Position numbers and translations under genes: made by a program. This document shows, one piece after another, positions 40,195 through 52,700 of a stretch of 64,000 bases of DNA. Location of the stretch: contig CAJINV010000003.1 of NCBI GenBank assembly GCA_905178155.1, forward strand, positions 6,939,612-7,003,611, written 5' to 3'. Under the pieces are notes generated by a model. It was not told the DNA's origin. It was given only the letters and a program-made list of their open reading frames with translations, and did not search any database. Position 1 is the first letter of the stretch, and each line of letters begins with the position of its first letter. This stretch comes from Amoebophrya sp. A120. Taxonomy: Eukaryota > Protista > Dinoflagellata.

Positions 40195-41247
40195 CTATCG
40201 AAAAAATTGCGACGGGTAGTTTTTTGCTATGCCAGACCCCCAATCCATTTTTTTACCTCGAGCGAAAGCTGTGGAAGTAGGAAAGGATCCCTCGTCCGAA
40301 GGAGCTACGCCAGCGCTTCTACGACTGTTCACGCCCACGGTTCCTCCTGCTTTGGTTGCTTGAGTAAATTTTTGTTTTTGAGCGCCGAAACCCCGCTGCT
40401 TTTTAAGCGATTCTAGACCTGATTTCTCGTCCTCGAGCTCCCTCCGCTTTCGCTGCGCGGCCTGTTCCAGGTCGTGTTTGCGCCGCTGCAAATTCTCGAG
40501 CTTCGTTTCGCTTTGTTGGACCTCGTCAGTAATGCGGTTCAAGTCTACTTGCATCTTTCCCCATTGCCTCTCTTCGTACCGACGCAATCCACGGACTTCG
40601 CACAGGCCCTGCGCCAAGCTGTCGTTAAAATAGTTCCAGTTGAAAAATGTTCGCATGGGGTTGTCGTCGCCATCACCAGCTGACGATGAGCCCGGCAGAG
40701 GCATTTTCGCTTGTTCCTCGTCGCAGGATTTCTTGTAGAAAGTGAAAATGTTCAACAGCTGTCGGCCCTGGTGCTCGATTTCTTCACTTTCTTGCTTCTT
40801 TTTCTGCAGACGTAGCACGTGACTCTGCTTCGTGGCCAAGGTTTGCTCCGCGAGCGCTAGCCTTTTCTGTTTCAGGTTCGTCGCTCTTTCACTCAAGCTT
40901 TTGGCCTCCTTTCGATCCATTTTGATCTGCTCTTCTGCGTTTTGTTTGCGCGCATGGATAGATTGGATTTCCTCAAGTTTTTTGGTGCGAAACTCGTTTG
41001 CTGTCGTCCGCGCTCGCTTGAAGCAGGTCCGCACTTCGATCAAATCACCGAGCTCCACCAGCGGTACCTTGCACTCGCAACACACGGCAGGGTTCCGCTC
41101 ATCGCTTTCCTCTAGGAGGGCTGCATAGCACTGCACGTGATAGAGGTGACCACACACTTCCAGCATCTTGGATAGCTGGCGATCATTGTTGAAATGCAGA
41201 CCCTGCTTGCACTTCACGCAGGCCGCCCCGAGAAGCCAGCTCGGCAT
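40195..41247 (-). CDS. RING-finger (RING-H2-like) coiled-coil protein, probable E3 ligase
   Basis: CVKC...CGHLYHVQC...CCEC at the N-terminus followed by long E/K/Q-rich coiled coil; single exon, 350 aa. Confidence 0.8.
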   Translation of the reverse strand: MPSWLLGAACVKCKQGLHFNNDRQLSKMLEVCGHLYHVQCYAALLEESDERNPAVCCECKVPLVELGDLIEVRTCFKRARTTANEFRTKKLEEIQSIHARKQNAEEQIKMDRKEAKSLSERATNLKQKRLALAEQTLATKQSHVLRLQKKKQESEEIEHQGRQLLNIFTFYKKSCDEEQAKMPLPGSSSAGDGDDNPMRTFFNWNYFNDSLAQGLCEVRGLRRYEERQWGKMQVDLNRITDEVQQSETKLENLQRRKHDLEQAAQRKRRELEDEKSGLESLKKQRGFGAQKQKFTQATKAGGTVGVNSRRSAGVAPSDEGSFPTSTAFARGKKMDWGSGIAKNYPSQFFR

Positions 41248-41907
41248 TTTGTTTCTTTTTTTTTTGTGTTTTTTTTTCTCCTCGATGTCTTACCGTTAAA
41301 AATACGCTTCCCCGCACTAAAAAAATAGGGACAGCCGATATTTCTACAGTTCACGAGGACTCACTGGATCCCGAACAACGCAACTTCTACTTCATCGTCG
41401 TCATCCATGATCATCATGATCAATATCTTCATCATCATGTTGATGAAAGAATTGGCCGAATTTACCTACAAATTCGCATCGATTATAAAAACTGATCGTG
41501 TTTCTAGAAGAGCTCGAACTGGCGATCCTACACTATTTTCACGCTCTAGTGTTAATGTTATTCCCGTCAACATCTCAGGCCCCCTTACTTATTCATCAGC
41601 ACTTAAGCATGATCATGATTCACTTCCGACATCACGCGGCTTAGTCGATCGCTGCAGTACTACCCTCTCAACCAACCGCAGGCCATGTTGCCGCTGCGAC
41701 ATTGAGCAGTCTTCTCGTCTCTTTGATGCGTCGGCGAAATTGGAGATCATGAGTAATAAAATCAAAACATCTACTTACGCCAGGACAACTCCAATAGTGA
41801 ACACGAGCACGACGGGGCGGGCAAGGGCATGATGGGCGATCGTGACGCAGGGCCAACCCGGACGACCACGTCTACATGAGACCGAGTCTCAAGAACGCGC
41901 CGCACGT

Positions 41908-43861
41908 TCAAAGATATGTGTGAAGACAGCGATCGTTCTCTTCATCGTAAAACCAGTGCTGATGCTTCTGAGCACGGTCAATCTTTTTCTTCACCCCTCT
42001 AATCCAGTTGTTCAAGATGACATAAGGCTTTGTCCCGCCTCTTGTTCCTGTTCCTCCTGTAATATTACCCGTACTGCTTGTAAATGCCTTGGAGGACGAT
42101 GTGATTTTTACTCGCGGCACTGTTAGGCTCTTGTCTGGAACGGCCGGATTGTCGTACCACATTTTTCCGGGGAGAAACAGATCCCCCGGTAGCAGCCGAA
42201 GCTTGGTGCTGGTACTAAACGCCGGCGATGCGAGAAGCGACTTCAACATCAATTGTTCGTTGCCACCATCCTCGATAGCCTTGCTAGACTGCCGGCGCGA
42301 TCGAACGACCGTGTCAAGATGAAAATGTACCCCTTCGCGACTCCCTGAAGCACCCAGTGAAAGAATTGCAATTCAAGGCGAGGATAAAACCAGATGGAGT
42401 TCTTGTAGCATAACAACAGAACAAGAACCACTACGCATTTGAAGACCTCGGGGCGCTGCGCAATAAAGCCAGGCTATTTATATCTGCAAGGTGTTTGCGG
42501 ATACGGATAGGAAGTGTTTATTTTCATTCGGCTGCAATACAGAATCACCAGACTGATACAACGATCAGCCAACTACAAACTTCATTGATTATTGGTTTTG
42601 CTGTGATTCTTAGCAGCTTGACATAAATTGACTTCGGCTTCGCCAATAAAAATGGCTGGAGCGTTCGAGCGCGAGGGGCGACGAAGACGCTCGTCTTTTC
42701 CACTTGATAGCGGGCGCGGTCAAGTTTGCGTTCTTGTAGAGCAGTGAGCGCTTCCCACAGACGGATCGTGTTGTCGGTTCCCCGCAGTAAGAGGAATCCC
42801 CCGTTTGCCATGGGACGTTCCCCAGGACCGCTGTCGTTTATTGCAATAATGTCGCTTCCATTCAACTGAAATGCCGACTTCTTCTTGTCTGTTTTCTGGA
42901 AGATGTACGGAAGCGGGTCGCGCAGCCACACCGCATCGGACTCAATTAGAAAAATACTGTGGCGAATGTTTTTTCTTTCCCCTCTATCCTGATGTTGATT
43001 CTCTCCGCTTTGCTGTTTTCTTTCCGTTGCAGTTGCCCCCAGCTCCTGCATCCTTCTCTTATTGCGCCGACTGCCTATCGGGCTCATAAGTGCAGGCGCG
43101 TTCAGCTTTGTTAGCAGGGAGCGTAGCGTTTTCGTGCGCCATTCCATAAGACGAAAGTAGCCAAATTTTCCGTACTCGAGAGAAGCCTTGGAGATTTCGC
43201 TTGCAGTATGTGAACGAAAAACGTTGAGAGCGCCGCTTCCGCCAGGTTTGAATTGGTGCAATCCCTCGAATGCCTTTTCGTCTGTGGCAACGAATAGGGT
43301 GCGATCCAGAATCTTATGTCTGTGGACATTGGCAGAGTCCGAAGAAGAGGTGGCTAGTCTTTCAACATTACAGATCCAACTTTTCGTCATCGAAAGAAAC
43401 CCAGCATTTAGAAACTGGATCAAGAGAACGCGCTCCTCGATGACCTCTTCTGAATTTGCAGGTCGTCCCGACGAGTTTTCCGTGTTCGAAAGATCAATGC
43501 TTTTCGTGTCGCTTGTCGGCTTCGCCGCGTTTCTCGCTGCGGCCAATAGGTTCGCATCCTCCTCGAAATCCTCTACCACCTCTGTGAAAATCAAGCCAGG
43601 GGCGAGACTGATGTAGAACGAAGAACTGTCAGCTTCTGCAACTTGTTCTACTGCTGGAGGGCGAGCGGGAGCGGGAGCCGGAGCGCGCACGCCAGCAACA
43701 ATATCGGCTTGCCTGGTGCTTGCGCTTCGTGCTTTTACCGCACGGCGTTCGAATACCGCACACGGACCGGAAGCGGCAAACCAGAAACACAAGAAACGGC
43801 AGGTGATGAGCACGCCAAAGAATAAGGATAATCGGAGGACCGTCCTGCAGCTCTTCGTCAT
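41908..43861 (-). CDS. Nucleotide-diphospho-sugar transferase (GT77-like), type II membrane protein, two exons
   Basis: N-terminal signal anchor; motifs ESDAVWLRDP, ANGGFLLLR, NEQ, PYVILNNWIRG..KK..RAQ...W; ORFs 42545..43873 and 41908..42252 join in frame across 42312-42709. Confidence 0.8.
42312..42709. mobile_element. Highly degenerate introner-derived intron
   Basis: TGTCAAGATGAAAA vs reverse-complemented end TATCAAGTGGAAAA; DR essentially lost (gaccg/gcggg); removal plus 5 nt gives RAR|VRSR...GNEQLM in frame. Confidence 0.6.
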
Positions 43862-44563
43862 CTTTCTTTGCACAATGTGTGCCGCAGCATAGTAGTATTG
43901 ATTTTGTTTTTCGACGCCAGCTCGTCAGCAACTTCAGCTAATCGTAATCACTCCCAACTCGTCCCGCTCACACTATAACTGAGACACGCCGACGCGTCGG
44001 CCTCACCGTCGCCATCAAGGAAAGACAATCTTCCACTTACAACTCGTGATCTCTTTCTTCAACTTTTCTTGTCCTCCGCAAAACTAACGGGATCTGGCTC
44101 GTTTCAATATTGAGCGCAAGTGGCCACACGTTTCCACGTTTAAAAATATCCGAGCGGTCCTCGCTCGCCAGATTGAAGGATACTCTTTTCTTCTCGGATA
44201 TTCATACCGCAAGTGGTTTAAGCGTTTCAGCACACAGAAAGCAGACTGAGCAGCAATGCTGGTCAAAGTTAGTTTTTTACGTAGTATTTTAGAAGACGCG
44301 CTCGTCCACGACGCCTGTTTGTCATCCTCTCATCAAGAACTACGTCGAACAACTAGTACAACACCATTTGCACCACAACGGAAATTCTTTTTTTGCCGAA
44401 TGGCGCGTGAAAGAGAGCTCGTCAACTGCGACTACGCACAGAGTGATGAAAGTGCTCACTACTTTATTCCTTACAAGTCGAGTGCGAGTCGTGCTGGTGC
44501 TGCAAATCATTAAATCATCTCTAACCACAGACACAAAACCATAGCACTCCGTGCCCGTCACTA

Positions 44564-45310
44564 TTATTTCTTTCCTGCTGTAGAGGTTTTGGGTACGACA
44601 GAGATATGGCCCGGAAGGCGCTCAATACCAAACTGACCGCGTTTGCAGTGCAAAATAGGCACGCCAGGAATCTTCCGTATTCTCCTTTTCAAGTCTGCAT
44701 CGTTTGTTCCAACCAAGTAGCACTTGTGATTGTGCACGCGCTCACAGAGGCAGTCGTCGGCGTAGGTACCCTTGTGCGTGCAGGTCAATCGCTCAAACCT
44801 GTTGTAGTGGATCATGCCAGTGAAATTATATATCTTTTCTCACGATGATCATGGCTATCGTGGGAAAAATTATCCAATAAGTAGCACTTGATTTTATGAA
44901 GTAGGAAAAGCCATTGAGAAACGTAAGTACCTGGGGTCGCGGGCGAGCTGCAAAGCCATTCGATATTTGGAGCCCATTTTTTCCAGTTCTGCCAACACGC
45001 AGTCGGTAACGCAAGGGATGCACTTCGCTAGCAGCAAATCCATCATGCCCTTGAACAGGTCCACCTTGTTCTGAAGTGCTGAGTTCACGAAGTTCGTGTC
45101 GACCAGAACCCGGTAGGGAGGTACGAGATTTTCGTTAAACGAGAAAAAAAGGGAGGAGTGCAGCTGTTCGACTTCCTTGGTCTTCTTGCTCTCCTTTTCC
45201 TGTTTGTCGAGCACTTGTTTCCGTACTTCTGGAGCCTTCGTTCTGTCGTCATGCTTGGAGATCATGCGCTTCACCAACGCAAACTTTTTCGTGCGCTTCG
45301 TCTTACCCAT
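44564..45310 (-). CDS. FCF1: rRNA-processing PIN-domain nuclease Fcf1/Utp24; canonical GT-AG intron 44799-44930
   Basis: [37 protein letters not shown]|[33 protein letters not shown]. Confidence 0.95.
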
Positions 45311-46225
45311 TTTGCTGGTCGTGGTCGACGTCGAATCGTCCAAGATCGATACCAATTACAATTAGGAAAAGAGAATAAAGAACAAACGGATCCAGGTTGT
45401 GCCGCAGCAGGGAAAACTGACAAGAGATGATACAATAGATTCTGCAAACTACGTGATAGATTCGGCTTCCACAAATTAGATGAGGTTGAACGAGTAATCC
45501 CTTGAAAAGTAGTTGTACAACGGTGACAAGTTATAGTCTATATGCTATTTCTAGATCTGTGCCTCCTTCTACTTTTTTTCAATCGATTCTGTAGAGATTG
45601 ACATGATTGAAAGTCCTGTTCGTGAAAATCTGCTTCAGCTGCGCGGACACACAAACATCTGTCTAGTGGCAGGAACATCTCGTCGTGATCAAAATGGCAA
45701 CATTGACATTCATCGAGCTCGTCACGTCTTGTTTTTTCCATCGTTAAGCTCCAGCTTTTTCGTGAATTATTTCGGATCCAAATTACAACCGAGATCGAAC
45801 GTGGGCGATGATCTTCTGGGAGCTGGGTTTCGCTCACTGATGCTTTGCGCCTTAATGGTACTTTCGTCAATATTTGTGATCTATCATCATGATCATGTGC
45901 GATTGATCTAGTACCGCGACTGCTTGCAGAGTCTGAGCAGCGCAACTGCGTCTGGGTCTCATCATTTTCTTTTCCCACATGAGCATAGAAAACCTAGCGG
46001 CATGATGATTCGCCTCGCAAGAACAGAATGAGACCCGGATAAGGATAAATCAGCAACAGCAGTTGCATTGCAATCAAAATGGGTGCTGAAGGGTGAAGAA
46101 ATAATGACGAAATATACAGAAACATCCTTAACAACCTGTTGTAGTGCGTCTGTTCGTGGCACGACAAACGCATGTGCTAGAACGGTGCTTCAAGAAGGTG
46201 CAAGTCTCTCTCGGACTTTCCTGTC

Positions 46226-48744
46226 CTATCTGCCCGGGGAAACCTTCGCCTTCTTCAGCTTTTGGGCAGTGGTCGTGCTGCTGTTGCCATGCTCCTGTTC
46301 CAGGATGTCGGCTATGCGCTTGTTTTCACAGTGGGGCTGCCGGGCGTGGTCGAATCGAGTGGTGGCGACACAGTGCCCCTGGTCGGAGTAAAGGCGGTAC
46401 TTGTACAAAACTAGACCCTCGAGCCCGACGGGACCCCGGGAGTGAATGCGGTTCGTAGAGATGCCGATCTCGGCACCGAAACCGAAGCGGAAACCATCGG
46501 CGAATCGCGTGGAACAGTTATGGAACAAATATCACGGCGGGAAAAGAAACCATCCCCATCTGATTGGTCATGCAAAACATGAAGCGCATCATGCGCAAGC
46601 GCGGCAGCTTGCGTAAAAGACTGCGCTATCTTGGAGGAGCCAGGGGGCATGCGGGTTGTTTCAAGGGCGGGTGCGCAAGGCAGTGCAGAGAAAAACACCC
46701 GAACATGCACCAAGCTGGCAGTGGCACTGGCACAGGAGCAGGACCACAAGCAGCCAGCACACAACTAGTAACAATCGATCTCCCGTAGCTGCGAAGCCGC
46801 CAGTGTGCCTGGCGCCGCGGCCCCAAGCCCGTGCTAGTTCTCATGCTACAAAAAAATGCGGCCGCGGCGCACTTTGCCTCCCCCTTTGCAAACCGACACA
46901 GATCATGCTGGCTGCCGTGCAGGAAAGGTAGGTCAGGCGGACACGACCGTCGAAGTGCCTGTACTATCTCGAAGTATTTCTCATTCCAATATCATGGATG
47001 AGGATGGTTTTGTTTCAGCCGATAACACGTCGGCGCTGTCGACGCCCTGCATAAACGTTTCGCAGTTTTCCTGGGAGGCAGTCAGAATCAGGTCGGTGTG
47101 CTTCGACCCGTGTTCGTTGATGTGGGCGATGGCCTCTTCCACGCCCCCGACTGTCTTGACGGCCAGTACGTAGTCCAAGAACTCAGTGTCGTAGTCTGCG
47201 GGGGTTGCGTCCTTTACTACCAGAAGTTGTTCCCCATCTTTCGTCGTGTTCATCTTGCCGACGTGCTTGTTGCTCTTTCGTATCTGCAAGGCCTTCTCAA
47301 ATGCTTGCTTCGACAAAGGATCACAACGAAACTCCATGCTTTGCTTCGTTCTCTCTGCCCATCCGGCAAACGCATCGATGATCTCCTCCACCACGGTGCT
47401 TGAAGATGAAGTAGAGGCGGTCGCTGAGGGTCTCTTCAACACCAGGACGCCCCCGGAGTCATGACTTCTTTCGCCGCGGCAGTGCGAGGCGTGCAGCAGA
47501 AGAGTCTCCGCTGCGTTGCATGCGGACACGTAGCCCGTTTTCGACTCGAGCAATACCTCCCCGACAAAAGTTTTGTTCTCCTGTGCGGAAGCCGCGTGAA
47601 GACCACTTGTTGGGTCGTTCTTAGAGACTACGGTTGTTGACGCGGAGTTCTTCTCGCAGCTACCGTTCTTTGCGAGACCCTTGGGCTGCTGGCCGCTTTT
47701 CGGCACCTCGGCGTCCACGTACGCAGCACAGATGCCGTCCGCGTGCCCCAGAACTGGGATCAGAGTGTTGTTCTTGATGTAGCGGACCAGAGCGTTCCCG
47801 CCTCGGGGAACCACTAGATCAATGAAGCTGTCCATCTTTAGTATGGCAGCAACCTCCTCCCGAGCTTCGAGTAACTGCAAAACACCTTCCGCTGCGTCCT
47901 TGTCGAGAAGTTCCTGGCTTTTGCTCTTCGTTTCTTGCTCGACGACAAAGTCTCGCACCGCAATCTGCAGAGTCTCCACCAAAATGCGGTTGCTCCTTGA
48001 CGCTTCCTTACCGCCCTTTAGCAGTAGAGCATTTCCACTCTTCAATGCGAGCGAGGCGATCTGCACACAAGCTTCCGGGCGAGCCTGAAATCCAATGAAA
48101 ATAAACAGAGCTAGTGCAAATAACTGCCAGACCGACCAAGATAAATGGCATCGGGGACGATCTCATGTTTATGTTTTGAAAAGAACGAAAATAAAATAAA
48201 AGATATCACGACAGGTGCCCGCTTTGTGTCAGCTTTTTGCTTTTGGTTAAGTTTATTACATAAATTTAAAAATACTTTTACTTATATGCCAAGCATTGAT
48301 TTTCATATTGTCTCATGCTAGTAGTACCTCGAATATAACGCACATCACGCCGATCGGGCATGTGACGCGATACAATTGTAGGCCCTTTGTCAGCTCGTTG
48401 GCGTAGGTGCATTTCCCGACGGGGTCTTCGAGCGCGATTACCTGCTCAATCCCCTCCAGTAGCGTGTCGAATTTGCTGCCCCCGAGGCCGAGCCGGCGCA
48501 CCAGCGTCTGCGACAGCTGCCCCTGGTCGGCCAAGCGCTGCGCATCTCGCACGTCCAATTCGTTCTCCGCCAGGATTTTTGCCTTGTGCTCCCGCAGCTT
48601 CGATTGAAATTTGCGCAACAAAGCGTTTTTGTTCTCCGTGGAAAGCTGTGCGAGCCGCAAAGCTGTCCGCCGAGCCCTTTTGGCGGCGACCACCATCGCC
48701 GATGGAGGCTCACCCTGGGAGGTACTGCTCATGTCGATGACCAA
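46226..48744 (-). CDS. proA: Gamma-glutamyl phosphate reductase (glutamate-5-semialdehyde dehydrogenase); GT-AG intron 48085-48327 and introner 46530-47024
   Basis: [10 protein letters not shown]|[59 protein letters not shown]|[36 protein letters not shown]. Confidence 0.95.
46530..47024. mobile_element. Introner family C ends with expanded interior
   Basis: TATC...AAACCATCCCCATC vs reverse-complemented end TATC...AAACCATCCTCATC; DR acaaa/acacg; restores the ProA motif. Confidence 0.88.
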
Positions 48745-49788
48745 TGTGGATCACGTTTTCTCCTCGCTGATATAATGCAGCTTGTGTTTTTTGATCTAAA
48801 ACAATTGAGAAGAAGAAGTCGTACGAAAAGGATATACTAGACTTGAAGTTTTATTTCATGACATAGGCGTTCACTGTCACGGTCACCTTTCGTTTCGAAA
48901 CGGAACGAAGAGAGTTTCGCTTGTAAAATGTGTTGTGGCAAATAAGTATGATGAATTCAAGGGCCAAAAGTGACAAGTAGTGAGAATGAGTTAGTGGAGG
49001 GGGATAAGTATAAAGCTGCTCATCTCTTCGCTAAGAGTAAGAGCAACGCTTCTGATGCTAAGCCTATGCTTTACTGCAACTCATGTTCCAACTCGATTCG
49101 GATATTTCTATATAGTTGTTCGAGGAACAACTGATCGGTCCATCTTGTTGTTGGAGCCAGCTTGCGTTTTCGATCAATCTTCGCAAACATCATCTCAATG
49201 GATTGATCCTGATATCGAGGATTTCCTTTTTTACTCTTTCTATGATTTTTTCGTAACAATTTAATGGAGTGCAGATCTCGTTCTGGTGATCATCGGTTGA
49301 CAGGGAGAGTACTATATTCTATGAAAAAAAAATTGCAAGACCGAGGCGGATCACAATGACCAATGCGAAATCCGGCAGGACGAGGACTTTACTATAGCCC
49401 TTCGATCTTCCCTATCGCTATGCAATCTATTTTTTTTTCCTTCTTGATCAGGTACGGCTCCGCTCCAACACATTTTTCAAAACAGATTCCGCGCTGACCA
49501 ACAATAAATTCCAACATCACGACGACAGATCTCTGGCCCTGGCGCAACTTAGTTTTTAGACAACGTCAACGAACGGTCTCCATCATTACAGAGAAAAATG
49601 TCGGCGACATCTTCTTCTTCATCAGTAGCCCCATTCGCATTTAAAACAAATCACGAGTCTCAAGATGATCAAGCGCCGGCGGCTTCTCCTCATAGAGTAG
49701 CTAAAGCTATAGCTACTTTAGAAGATTCCAGCCTGTTACTCACTAGCTGTTTCTTGTTCAGGTCATGAGTGCAGCCGGCGGAGCGACT

Positions 49789-52700
49789 TTACGTCGCCAC
49801 GGTGGCAGAAGAGCTTGCCGGTCCAGAGCTTTGCTCGGAATCGCGCTGCCGCTGCCGCTGCTCCGCGTCCAGCTCCGCACGAATACGCTTCTGGTCCGCT
49901 TTATGGATGTGTCAGGTTTGAAATCGTCAGAGTTGAAATAGTTTGTCATGCTAAACCGACCGAAACCACTACACAACCTGTAAGGGCACCTCACCGCATA
50001 AAATGGATGCCAGTTGGAGCCCAGTTTTCAAGTGGCGCATGACAAGTTTTGGCGGTGCCTAAATTCAGTCTGTAATGCTGTTTGGGTAAGGAAGACGCCT
50101 TTTGTCATGCTACTTCAGCAGCTGTATCTCTACCCCTCAACAGGCTTGCAATATGCCTCCCTTGCCTACTCTGCAAGACAGGCGCTTTGTGGGTTGCATT
50201 TTATGCATCGCAAATTTTTTCAACTTTGACGATTTCAATCCTGACGCTTCCATACGCTTCATTGACGGGAATCTCGGTCACGTTTTGCTGCTCGCCGTAT
50301 CCACAAAAAAACCACCATCCCCATCCAATTTGTCATGCAAAACATGTATAAAATCCTGTGTCTGTCATGCATAAGATGGATGGGGATGGTTGTTTTTTCC
50401 TGGATACGCCACTGAGAACCCTCTCCGCGTACTCAATCATGTCTTTGCACTCTCGCATCAGCTTTTTGCAGTCACAGCTTTTCTCGGTGCGAAAAAGTTC
50501 CAGGGCTTCCCCAAGTAGTTTTTTCCCTTGCGTGTACGAGTCAGCCTCGCCGCACCAACACAAAAATTCTCTATGGAAACGTCAGGCTTGAAGTCGTCGA
50601 GGTTGATATAAATATGGTGATATCAATTTCAATTTCCGTGCCAACTACAAACCGACCGACACAACAAACACAACTCGTGGGGCACATTTCCGCAGATGGC
50701 CAAGCCAATGGGACGCAGAGTCAAGCGGACCGAAGCCACCACCATTAGTATCCTTGGATTACCTACCGTAAAGGAAGCCACCACGACCTCCAACAATTTT
50801 CTACGCGTAAAACTGGCAGCAGTTGGAGCTGGGTCCCTAACTTCTTCTTCACTTGGAGGTCACGCATTGCAAATGCTGGGAGCGCCCGGATTCCCACAGT
50901 CATACTGTTTGGGGCACCTCCGGTGCGCTTGTTCGCGATGCTATGGCTAGTAACCCTGAACAGGTCCACAATGAAGCGACCGCGTTTGCCTTCTCTACAA
51001 GACAGGCACTTCGGGCCTCGCTGCATTTTGATTTTATTGAATATGTATACGTATGCATCGAAAATTATTTTCATTTTGAGTTCGTCGACTTCCAACCTGC
51101 CGCTTTCGTATTCGCCCGCGAGTTTGTAGAAGACCCCGGCGTTCCCATCCTGCTTCACGGCGGGGTCCTTTTTCAGGCGCTCGGAGTATGCTGTTTGAAA
51201 TCATCTTCACCCAGTCGCGGAACGATCAAGCACGATCAGGATCCGCATGCATAGCGAAAATGGTGCAAAGCCCTAACTGTTGATGCCAATCCTCGACACC
51301 CACACGACCACACTACGAATAAAACGCACCCTCCTCGTTACGAGGTTTTAATAGTACCTTGAGAGTACCGTTGGGGAAGATTTCATCAGTACAACTCACA
51401 GAGGATACTACTCCCTCTGTCACAACAGGCGTGAACTCGCGAAACTCCACCCGATTTATTGTGTCAACGTGGTGCGTTATCGTTTCCATCAGAAAATTAT
51501 GGCACTCCATCAGCTGCAGTATGTCTACACAGTCCTTCCGCACTGCGATTTGGTAGGCTTTTTTGAGATGTTTCCGCGCTTCCAACCTCTTCGTCGAGGT
51601 AGTGGAGGACGTTCTGGCGGCCTTGGTAGAAGAAGTCGGCGTCGCGGTCGTGGACGACGAGGAGGTCGTACTTGCACCAGTAGGTGCAGCAGTGGTCACA
51701 TCCTCAACTGAAATCCCATCCTCGCCCTCCGTGTCCGGAAAAGAAGAGGTCGAAGCAGACATGCGCCACTATGAATCGCTCAGGTGTTGCAATCAATCTC
51801 AACCAGATCTGGTGCTAATGCATTCATATATCAAGAACAATCTGTTGCTGGGCAGGATTTCGACTTATTTTTTCTATGTAACACATAAAACAGCCAAATG
51901 CCTGCAGCTCTCTGCGGTCCTCAGACAGAGCAGGCAGCACATGAAGACAAGGTGTGAAGAATTCGCGGAACTACACCCACCAGCTGCACTGCATCCTAGT
52001 ACTCCGCGTGTCCTGCTGTCTCTGGTCGTTGGTCCAACGCCACCTGGTCGTTGTTTCACCAACGTGAAAAAGTTCCGTTTGCCTGGTAACTACAGTGAGT
52101 TGAAATGGTAACACCCAAGCGAGTCATAGCCATTGGAGACGTCCAAGCTCCTGGTACCCCGAGCACGTCAAAGGACTAAATGCGCCGCAAGTCACTTCGT
52201 AGCAATGAGACGCCTCCTTCAACAGTTGCTCGGCTTCTGCTTCTCGGTCTCGGCCGAGCTGCGCTAGTATCTTTGCGAGTGCGACGCCCGCTTTTGCCTG
52301 AAGTGAAACAGAAATGGCACGAAAATGAGACTCCAAAAGTTCATACATTTCGCGACAATGCAGCAGGATCCTCCAGCATCCGTGGTTAGACGAAGACTAC
52401 TTAGCATCGCTGGGCTCACTTCAACTTTACTTCAACAAAAACAGAAAATAATCATCCAACAGAGGACAAGGAGTGTTCCACTTTCGCAGAGTACATGTAG
52501 TGCTACTAGTGGCTGCGGCATGTCCCCGAAATATTAAAATGGAAACCTGCAGGCTGTTTAGCTGTCCGCCGGAACGGCGACGGTAAAACTCATAGGCTTG
52601 TCGAACAATTGTTTCGGCCTGTTCGGTCTTCTGCTGACGATCTCGTACAAGGCCAAGCCCCAGCAAAACGCCACCCTTTTGACTGGTTGCAGACTCGTCA

